NCBI RefSeq assembly: GCF_009914755.1
Contig: NC_060925.1
DNA length: 64,000 nt
Reading direction: 5' to 3' (one strand)
From: the human T2T-CHM13v2.0 reference genome, Homo sapiens
Shown: in pieces, positions 1 to 11,211 of the stretch
Layout: each line of letters begins with the position of its first letter
Numbering within the stretch: the stretch's first letter is position 1
The notes under the pieces: model-generated
Told to the model about the DNA's origin: nothing
Database searches by the model: none
Seen by the model: the letters and a program-made list of their open reading frames with translations, nothing else
Made by a program: the position numbers and the translations under genes

Positions 1-3000
1 GTATATTGTCCAAATTTGTCTTGAGTATCTACCATGCACTAGACACTGCCGGTTCTGGAGTAAACCTGATAGGCACCAACCATATGGAACGTACAAATAA
101 CGGAGGAAGCAGACAATAAATAAACAATTTCAGGAAAAAATAATTTTGATGAATGTTATATGTAACCTGACATTCCCTGAGAAAGGGCAACAGTCAGATA
201 TTTGGGAGGTGGGAGAAATGAATACACCAGAATGACAGAAAAATCCAGTCATCGTTACAACATAACCTTGAATAAAAATGTAAGTGAACAATGACTAAAC
301 CTGTAGTACTTCTTTTGGAAGAATATTCATTGACTCCAGTCAGCTTCCTGTTATTTCACTTCAAATGGCTATCCAGTTTACAAATTACTATCTAGCCAAC
401 CGCTAGCATTTATCATGCTTAAAATTGAGTCAACATTAAATCATTAGCCCCTATTCCTTCCAGAACCTGTAATTTAAGAGTTAGAGAGAGACAAGACTTG
501 GTTGCCTCTTAGAAAAGTTAAAATAAAACTAAAACAACAGGCTGACATGACACATTGTCTCCATTTAAGCCAACATAGACTATTTATTTCTTTGCTTTAT
601 TATGAGTAATGAACATTTCTTTAGCAATCACCTAGGAGCATTACTATAATGCAGGTACCGTACTAACTAAAGACAGAGACGAATGGCCTCCCAGACCCCC
701 ATTTGCTCACAGGCTAGTGTGGGAGGCTGAGAAGTTCACAAAGAATTACACCCTGATCGGAAATTTCTTTGACAGAGGTTTGCACAGGATGCTCCAGTTG
801 TAAAAAGAGCTGAGGGTAGCTTTCGGCAGGGCTTAGCCTTGGAAGAGAGCAGGTAATAGCCAAGGGAGAATGGGGGATGGCCAAGGAGGGAAGGTGCTGA
901 GGTAGAGATAGAACATGTGCTGGGTCATAGAATATCTAAAACAATCATATTTTCTGCAGATATCTGTGCTTGAATATTAAAAATTAAAAAGAGATCATTT
1001 AACGGTGAAAACTGTAGTACTACTCTTATCTCTGTGTCCACCCTTGCCTTTTCTAATCAGTGGTATAATTCTACTAGAGTGCCTTGGCCTCTGCTCCCAA
1101 TCATCCCTGCTGTACTCTATAGAGCACCATAAAGAAGGAATAATAAACAGAGCCACACATAACAAAGAACTTTTATTTGGCAGGAATGTTTCCTTTTATG
1201 ACACCTATCTCTGCCCTGTAAGTAGCCACAAGGCCAGACCAGAGATCTGCTGGAAGGAGGCGGAGTGAGAGGGTAGTCAGGTGGGAATGAAGAAGCTCCC
1301 CGTCCTATTCCCACAAATGGCCCCAAAGAGCCTTTGAAGTCTCAGTCATCAGGTAATAATAGCCTTCCTCTAAATTAGAGGAAGAATGTCTGCCTTGCAA
1401 CAAAGATGATATTTAAAGAATAATCTGCTTTGGGGTACAAGGGGAAGGAATGCAGAGAATAGACCAGTTGAAAAGGTAATTCCTGTTTATAAGAATTAAT
1501 AATCAGAACAGCACCATTTTAAAAAGTAATGACTTAAAGTAAAAATGGTCAAAGATTTCAGAAATGTTTTAGAGAATTTTATGTTTACAATAGAATTTAT
1601 CTAACAAAAATGATAGGAACAATACACATTGATTTAAAAACATACAAAAAGTTGGTAGCAGATACTTTCTCCTACTGACTTGAGACATTGATTTAACACC
1701 TGAAAACTAATCTCAGTTAAAAAGCTGCCAGCACCATCTCTCCACCTGTAAAAATGTGAATATTTATTTATATTTTATAATTTCATTTTATTTATTCTCT
1801 ATCTTGTTCCATAAAACATTTTGGGGTACTAGAACTGGTTATTAGCCTTTATTTTTTAAAAATAATTGGGACTGATTTCAACGGATAGAATTAATGTTGG
1901 GGCGGGGGTGGGCAGAGACTACAAATTACTTGGTCTATGTCTATATCTTCAAAAGTTTGGGGAGCTTATATTCTCCAGCTATTGCTTTTTTTTTTTTTTT
2001 CCAGCTATTGCTTTTGAAACAACAGCTGGGAAATATAAGCTCCTCAAACTTTTGAAGCAATAGCTGAAGAATGAATATAAGCTCCCAAAACTTTTACCTG
2101 ATCTATGAAGTTGAATGGCTCAATATCCATTTTACTTTGAAATGTAGAGAAAACCTCCATTGCACTATGAATGGTATTTATAAGAACTAAAAGGCATATG
2201 CCCAAGTTGGTTCTAAGCTCTGCCTATCTAAATATCTCTGCTTGCCTTATGAGAACTTATATAAAACATATTGAGCACTTAAACCCTTGGGCAATTGCAG
2301 AGTGTGCTTTGGATTTTTTGAGTATCAAGGTGGGGAGGGTCGAAAAGAGGGAGAAAGGGAACACAGGTGTCAGAAAAGACTAGATGAATTCCTGTTATGT
2401 AACTACTTTTTCAAATGCCCCCAAAGTACTTATTTAACCTAAGAAAATCTTTAGCTAAATTTAGAAATTAGCTTTAAATATGCTCAATTGATTTTCCTTA
2501 GACATTCCACATGCCTTTCGCCAGCTCAAAAGCCTTAATTCTGGTTAAAAGGAAACATGTGAAATATACTGCACAACTTCAGTGGCCAGATCATATTAAC
2601 TGGCTGAGCTGTGAGGTCTTATGAGCCAAACCTGCTTACCATTCACTGAAAGTCAGTTCCTAAAAAGATTTCTTAATATCTGCCATACCACTTATCTAAG
2701 TTTTGGGTGGCTAATTAGAATGAGCTCTTCAAAAAGTTCAGCTAAAGAAAGTGCAAATATTTGCATTAAATTGACTTAGTACTTAAATGATTCAGTGTGT
2801 TAATTCTTTTACTGAAATTGCTCTGAAGTTATAGTAGACACTTATGCTTTCTCCACCACCTACTTTGAAGAGAAGATTCTCCTATATTTCAACCATACCC
2901 ATTAAATCTTACTAGCTTACTAAATGAAGTATTATTTCACAATTCAATCTCAATTACTGGAGAGCTGAAAGTGTGTCTACAGAGACTAGACCAGAAGTGA

Positions 3001-3386
3001 TTTTTACAATTATCAAAGCTATGCCCTTGTGCATGAAATGGGGTACGCTAAGTGAAATGAAATTCATTCTTGCCAGCCACTTTCAGTCAGTTAGTTATGC
3101 TAACATCTGTTCTAGGAAAGCTAATTTTTTTTAATACAGCAGAACATTCCTTTACACTGAACCACTACCACCAAAACACAAACATACATACTACATAGCA
3201 GAGTTGAATGCAAAATAATTTGTACCGTACACACAAAAGTCAAGCACTTATTTAAAAATAGTTCTTTACAATATAAACTTATGAAATTATGGACATTTTG
3301 ACAGCAATTTTCCAAAAATTGTAGCAAACACTTGTAAATACATTCCGACTCAAAAATATTGAAAATATCATATGTTTACATTTTAG

Positions 3387-4410
3387 GCAGATGAGGATTT
3401 TAAATGCTTCGCCTACAACCTCAATTGTTGTGGAGCCAAAGATGCAACAGCTTTGAAGAATAGAAGAATTACTCTATATTTGTCAGGATCTACGTGACAA
3501 ACAAGCGCCACTTGGCTTACATTACTTGCCTGGCTTGGATCCCATGGAATGGAGGAGCATTGGAACCAAGAGGAAAAAAATTAAAGTGCTTTGGGACAGC
3601 GAGCCAAACTCTTACATAGTATTTGAAATGGTGTGGCAAACATGAAATTATTTTAGGCTCAAGATTGGTGCTAGTTTTTTACCCTCTTTTTGAAAAAATA
3701 GTAAAATGCACATAAAGGGCCCTGCCAGAGGTTTAGCTCATAAAATCTGCCAATCATTGGATGTGCTAATTGGTGTAGCAATCCAGTGGTGGCCTGGATT
3801 AGGACTCAAAAACTGACCCTTACCACCCTTGGTGTCCTGCAGCAAAGACAGCCTAAATCGAAAAGACTGATGGAAGTATATCAAATTACGAATTTCTCTA
3901 TCCCTGAAAAATGCCTGCAATTTCTGTTTCTCCATCACTCCAGAAATACTCAAAACAGCAAAAATTAAATACATATGAAGTGAACACAAAAGACCTCCAC
4001 AGAAAAATCAGTGGCTCATCTGTTGACGCTATTGCTCATTGCTCGGCTGGCCAGTCATCTGGGCTAAGTTTTGACTTTGGGCCAGTGCTTCAAAATCAGC
4101 AACCTTTCAGCCAAAAGACTGTGGAATGCAGCCAAGACCACCTGTGGAAAGTGAATTATAGCATTTTTAATTTACTACCTTGGGCTATGATGTCAGAAAC
4201 CCAGCATGGAGGGCGCACCAGTTCTTGTGTGGGAAATCTCTCAGAGCCCCCATGGAGGCCCCCAAAGTGGCTCTGGCAAAGCTGTAGGGGTGGAGGTAAC
4301 AAAAAAGGGGACACCTGGCTCTCCTTCTTAAATCAGCTCACCATGGGCACACATTTATATTGGAATTTTAGGGTCAGAAAATACCAAAATTAAATCTTCT
4401 AGAAGAAACA
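3387..4410 (+). ncRNA. GNG12-AS1: Probable 3'-terminal exon of the antisense lncRNA GNG12-AS1
   Basis: Acceptor-like TTTACATTTTAG|GCAG at 3375-3390, ATTAAA at 4389-4394, then a GU-rich tract (~4413-4430). Position agrees with my recollection that GNG12-AS1 ends inside WLS intron 1. Boundaries are inferred. Confidence 0.5.
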
Positions 4411-5726
4411 CAGTCAGTGGCTTTGTTCTAAAGTGCCTATTACACTCTACAAGTTTCCAACATTTGTTATTTAAAATAATCAGACATTTATTATTCATAA
4501 ATTACATATATTCTTTTATCAATATTATTGTTAATAATAAACATGAACAACTAGTAAGTGAATTGCAAAGAACTTTCACATACATAGATTATCGAATCCA
4601 CCTAGTTAACAAGTAACATAATTAGCACCATTGCATATTCAGAAGATCAGTGGTTTTTGTCTCATCAGTAAATAGAGTTAGGACTGGAACCCAGGTCTGA
4701 TTTCATATCTAATGCTCCTTTCCAATACAACTATCTGTTTATTTATTAACGGTTACTATTTATTAGCACTCTCAGATTACCTGAGATAGTTGCAGAGCTG
4801 AGGGATGAATGAAGACGACTGTGGCCATAAGTAGCTTGCTGAAGCTCCACAGGCAAGGCACTACCAGCACTGGGCTGGGTGTCACTCAAAGGGAGCCAGC
4901 AAGATAGCTTTTCTGGGAGACTTACAGTCAGGGACAGAGTACCTCTAAGACTTCCATAAAGAAATGATGGAGTAATAGGCTCATGAAAATGCACTAAACT
5001 CCCTTGAATCTGATACCCTCCCAGTTTTTACCGGGTCTTGGTTATGACTTCATATTGCAGGTAGGCAGTGTTTAGGATGTTAGCCTAGAGAAGATCTGAC
5101 TCAGGAACACAGCGCTGCCATGGAAGTCTATGACAGCACTTGCAGGCATAGTGAGAGACAGGAATTCAAGTTAGAGAAAATCTGACTCCAGAGCAACCTA
5201 TGGAAGAATTACTTATAATTCAGGTAGGCAAACAATGGCACAGTTTGACTCAGGAAAGGGTGGGTTCCTCAACCATGGAAACATTTGGGAAGTAAATGGA
5301 TAGATAAGAGCAAGAGCCTGAACTAAATATAAGTTCCTCTCAGTCACACCAAAATAAGTCTCCTATCCATGCATATGGTATGTCAGGGAATGGAGAAATT
5401 AAGGTCCAACAAAGAGCTGCATATAGTTTATTGATTTGTTTTCTATTTTCTGACCAGTTCCAGATAAACAGATAAAAGCAATTAAAGTACAGGGCATTCT
5501 GAATGGTCAAAAATTTAGTATTGTACATTGTAAGTTAAGGCTAAGGGCAAGTAAGACCTGTTAATGTCTTTATCTGGAATTTCACAAATGCCAAGAATAA
5601 TCATATTTCCTTCCTTGATTGATTATTCAAAGAAAACACAGGCCCTTATAATTTGCAAATTTCCTAGAATTGAGGGTAGAGGTACATTTTAAGGGTAACT
5701 TGCAGTTTTAACATTCACATTCTTAG

Positions 5727-6024
<298 letters not shown>

Positions 6025-9000
6025 GGAATTATTTTTTTAAAAAACATTGAAATCACAAAATTAAATAGTCTATGCAATTATTTAGTATTTTAAATTTCAT
6101 CAGTTTTAGGTTCTAGCTCAAGGGCCGTCTCTCCTTCATTCAATTTGTTAAATGCCTATAGTGTGCCAGCTGGAGGCCTCCTCTGATTTTCCTTCAGTTG
6201 ACAAAAGATCCTTACTTCCTTTGGTGCCAGTATCACCTGGTCTATGTCTTTATTATAGCATTCTACTTTATTTGCAGGCATCACTTCTGAACCCTACAAA
6301 ATTATAAGCTCCTAAGGGGAAGGACTACATCTTATTCTGCCTTGTGCCACTAAGCACAGAAACTTAAACATGCAAGTCCTCCAGACCTGAACTGAACTAT
6401 TTATTATATGGCTTTTGTGTCATAATAAACATATTAATGTAAGTTATGCTCAATGTAACTAACAAAATTTTATCAAATGCCTACTAAGCATCATTTTTTA
6501 AATGCCATAGTGGATTAATCCTTGTCCCGCCTGTATCAAAGTACACTTAGACTGGCACTCAGTGACAGTTTGGGAAGAAGCCAGAGCTGCCTTCCGTGAG
6601 GTCAGTCTCCCAAGGTCACACATGTGCTCATCAGAGACTCACTTCCTACAAATACTTATGACGGTTCTTCCAGATCCGTGTCAAGCAATATATTAAATGA
6701 AATACTGAATTTTGAAGATCAAAATGAACTTTTCCTAAACTATAACCCAATCCACACAAGTAATTTACACATCAAAAGAAATTAGATAGTAGGCAAACAA
6801 AACAATGGTAATTTTTTTAAAAAAAACTGCTCCCAAAGGGTTTGTGGCCAACATTAATATTGCAGGAACATGTTTAGATAACTGCTGTTCAGCATAGTTC
6901 CTGGAAACAGGTTCTCAAAGCCAGGACTTACAGTTATTTACCTTCTTCCAGCACTGCCCTGAGGGTTTTAAGGCCTAAATGAATAGAAAGCAAATGGGGG
7001 ACAAAATGAAATAAAATGTTCACATCTCAGCCTTTAGTGTATATAACTAATGTTTGAAGATTTTATGACAAAATGTGTCTTCTTAAGAACACATGTAGGG
7101 AAGATTTTGGCCATTTCTTTAACACCCTTTAAACAGTACCTACCAGAGAAAAAGCAAACACTCCCTTCTAAAAGCATCAATATTCTACTTCTGAGATCAA
7201 AACTACAAAACAGGCTCAGACAGAAACCTGGGCAAAGGAACCTTCTGCTGCACGTATGTACTATTTCCCAGAGATGTAAATGATTTTTTTCTCTCTGCCC
7301 CAGTGAATCACATATGAAAGTTCTCAAAGAATTAGTAAAGAAAAATGGTGAAAATCTTCTTGGTGTTGAAGGAACAGTGGAGTGTAGCTGGTATCAGAAG
7401 TTCTGAAGTGACTCAGAGATTCAGAAGGGTGACAGGCAGGGGCAGTTTTTACTAGAGGAAAGAGCGATGTAGGATGAACAATTTACTGTCCCTGTTGATT
7501 CACATAGGATGTAAGTACAAGAGAAGTCAAGGATGTCCCCAAATTTCTTGCATAGGCAGCAGATGAGTGATGTCATTCACTAAGACAGGAATCAAAGAAA
7601 AATGAATGACATGTCATATCACACGTAGAATTTGTAGAAGCTGGAGATGTATAGCTTGTTTAAAAGGGGGGTTTAGTATGGAGGGTTGAAGATAAAAGGT
7701 CAAATATGTGAATGACTAAATGTGGAGGAGGAATTAGATTTACCCTGAGTGGTTCCAATCTTGCAAGTTCTCAGGAAGGAAATCTGAGATCAATAAAATC
7801 AAACTGGCCCACAGTTCACCACACCAGTTGAAGAAAATGAGCTGCCGGCACCTGTGTGAGTGGAGGTGCTCCTCAGTTAACACTTGGTGAGTGCAAAGAA
7901 TGCAGAGGGCATTTGAGCACCGGGTAGGGATGGAAAGGTGACTTTTAGGGTCTTTGTTATCATTATTATTCTATGGGCATTCTTCATATATAATATTTAG
8001 AGCTTCGATTCTGGGCCACAAGTTGATCTGCTATTCCTGAACTACTACAAATTTGAGCATAAGAATCTTGGCAGAATAAATTATCCCAGGACTCATGATT
8101 GCTGGGTTCTAGCAATGGATATGCATTAATCAGGCAAATTATTCAATCAATCTTGGGCCTTAGTTTTCTCAACTGTAAAAGGCAGTATTTAAACTGTTAA
8201 GCACTTTTAACTCAGCAATTGTAGGATTCTAAAAAGAATGTATGTACTTCTACGTTATGATGAAAGTCACTCTTTTAAGTTTAAAGAAAAAGTTCCTACA
8301 AATTAGGGTCAATTTATATTCCAAGAGTTCTGGCTGTCCCTATCAGGCCCCTCCTCCCCCTCCTTGTCCTTATATTTTCACATCTGTTAGAAGAACAGAT
8401 CTTAATGGTCCTATTCTCGTTCTGTTACTGTTTGGGATCTGAATGTATTCTGAGTGTTTTCTGTCTTCCAACAGCTGGAGAGATCAAAGAACTGTTCCTA
8501 AAAGCAAGGACAAGCTACAGCCAACTGCATATGTAAACTTTCATACTGATGTATTTAGCACAGTGAATTATACCCCCATAATTTATAATATGAGAAGGTA
8601 GGTCTAATCCAATAATAATAAAGACCTTTAGGAGAAAACAACAAAAAACACCATTCCAGCTTCCAGCCAGTGGTCTGTATACTCACAGCCTAATACAACA
8701 CAAAGACATTCCAATACAATGAAATAATTTGGATCATGTCCAGCCTCTATTTTTTAGGATGATAGAAATAAGCTCAAGAGAGCTAAGTCTATTTATTATT
8801 CAGAAGAAATGAAAGTCATAGCATACACTTCTAAGCCAAGAGATCATTGACAAAATTTGCTAATGAAATCAATTCATAACTTTCTTTCAGATTTTCATTT
8901 AAACGGCTGGGTTCCTAATATATTTCAAAATTTACACTGATTACCCTCTACAAAAAGTATGTCATAAGAGAAAACAATGATTACAGAGTAGCAAGGGACT

Positions 9001-9069
9001 TACTTTCACAGGAACGGTGCTTTATGTTGCTGAAGGCAATTACAAAAAGAGAGTAAGAAAAATTAAAAG

Positions 9070-9290
9070 CAAGAGCTAGAGCTCAGAAAAACTTGGGTTC
9101 AAATCCCAACTCTGTTACTCACTAGCAATTTAGTGGGGCAGCTTACCTAGCCTTGTAGAATGCCAGTTTCCCTTTTGTAAAAGTGTACTAAAAGGTACTC
9201 GCCTCCTAAATTTATTTTGAGGATAAAATGATTAATATAAAAACCCTATTACAGTACCATGAAAATAGTGAAGCCTTAATGAATGTTAGC
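9070..9290 (+). mobile_element. MIR
   Basis: MIR-like core: TGGGTTCAAATCCCAACTCTGTTACTCACTAGC...CAGTTTCCC. Confidence 0.6.
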
Positions 9291-10410
9291 TGATAATAAT
9301 AGTGCTGTCAACACATGAGAAGAATTAGAATCTGGTGGGAGATGAAGACCTACTCCATGTTCTCTGTTCTGTCTTCTTGCCCTGAGGGGTGTGTTCATCA
9401 ATATTTAAGGAACTAGAAGGTGTGCATCTTGGATGTTAAAAACAGGGGCTCCCCTCACCTATCAGTGAACAGCCCCAATACCAGAGATGATTCTATACAA
9501 ATTTTAACTGGAACATCTAAGATAACCCTGAGAAATATCCCAGGCATATCTTAAGCAGCCTGTTATTTGAGGGAACACAGAATTAACCCTTGGTTTTATC
9601 CTTAGAAAAATGGGATGATAACATCTTTTTTCACAATTATCTTCACAAATTATTATAAAATAGTTATGGCAGAGCAAAAACTATTGACATGGGTATTTGC
9701 TACCCTTTCCCCTCCTCTCTTCAGATAAAGAGAATGCTGGTTTTGCCTCTTCTGTCACAACCCCCTCACCTGCCCCCCGATGAGGATTCAACTATTGCTA
9801 GATGGATTCTTTGAGTTTTCATGATGCACAATCAAAAGACAGGGGATAGGTAGAAGATATGGGCTTGAGCTCGGCAGGGAGAGGGGGGCGGTTTACCAGC
9901 GGGAGTGTTGGGGAGATTTTGGAAGAGACGTTAGAAACATCAAAGTAGATGGGAAAGAAAATAGGGATTGCTAGAAGTACTGCTACAGATTATATATCCC
10001 CTTTACCATGCTTTGACAGTTAAAGAACAGAAGTTGTTAGGTCACTTTAAATTCACCTTTGGTTGACTGCCTGTTTCTTTGACAGAATCCCTACTTGGAG
10101 ACTGGACCAAAGAGGCTATGTCTTCCATAGAGGCAACATGAGAAAGTAAGAGAGGTGCAAACACATCATGCAAACGTTAGGCAGAATTTATTGTGTTCAT
10201 ACATGACATGGGGAACATTGAAAGGATTGATGTCTTAGAAAGGCGTGTTAGGAGTGTGGGTCTAGAATGCATAAGGTTAGAGATATGCCTGCACTGGGCC
10301 ATCATCTTATTTTAATATTTGGTCCAAATTCTGGGCTTCTCACAATCAGAGAGCTATACCTACCAATTTCCTCTTATTATTCTTGGCTGCCCGGTCCCCA
10401 TCCCTCTACT

Positions 10411-10646
10411 CAGAGATTTCTCAAGCTTTGCACTAATGGCATTTTGGGTTGAATAACTGTTGTGGGGGTTTGGCTTGTGCACTGGAGGATATTTAGCAAC
10501 ATCCTTGGCTTCTACCCACTAGCTGCCAGTAGCATCTTCATCCCCACTGCTGGCAAGTTCAGGGGGGGTGTGGGTGGGGGAAGTCTTCTCCAAACATTGC
10601 CAAATATTCCCTGGGGAGCAAAACTGCTTCTGGTGGAGAACCTCTG
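10411..10646 (-). mobile_element. MER20 (hAT-Charlie MITE)
   Basis: Matches the recalled MER20 consensus (CTACCCACTAGxTGCCAGTAGCA; ACATTGCCAAAT...CCTGGGG). TIR-like ends CAGAGATTTCTC / GAGAACCTCTG. Confidence 0.8.
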
Positions 10647-10914
10647 CTTTACCCCAATCATCCAGGCTTACAAGAAAAATTCATACTCCATCAAGCCATT
10701 CTACAACACTTCATTTTCAGAGTTTCCAACTACAGAGATTCCAAGTTCTCAGCAATTCATAACCATTACAGTTTGCCTCATGTTACACTGACTGCATCAG
10801 GCTGTCATTTAGAAATTATAATAATGGCTACCACTTGTTGGATATTTTTTATGTGCTAGGCATTGTGCTAGGGACTTAACAGGGTGATTTTCATTCTTAT
10901 ACAGAAGTAAGTGT

Positions 10915-11211
10915 GGCCGGGCACGTTGGCTCGTGCCTGTAATCCCAGCACTTTGGGAGGCCGAGGTGGGCGGAACACCTGATGTCGGGAGTTTGAGACC
11001 AGCCTGACCAACATGGAGAAAACCCGTCTCTACTAAAAATACAAAAAATTAGCTGGGTGTGGTGGCGCATGCCTGTAATCCCAGCTACTCAGGAGGCTGA
11101 GGCAGGAGAAATCACTTGAACCTGGGAAGCGGAGGTTGCGGTGAGCCAAGATTGCACAATTGCGCTCCAGCCTGGGCAACAAAAATGAAACTCCGTTTCA
11201 AAAAAAAAAAA
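10915..11211 (+). mobile_element. AluSp-like, inserted in a MIR
   Basis: Full dimer with CTGACCAACATGGAGAAA and GTTGCGGTGAG diagnostics and an A tail. MIR-like sequence on both flanks. Confidence 0.9.
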
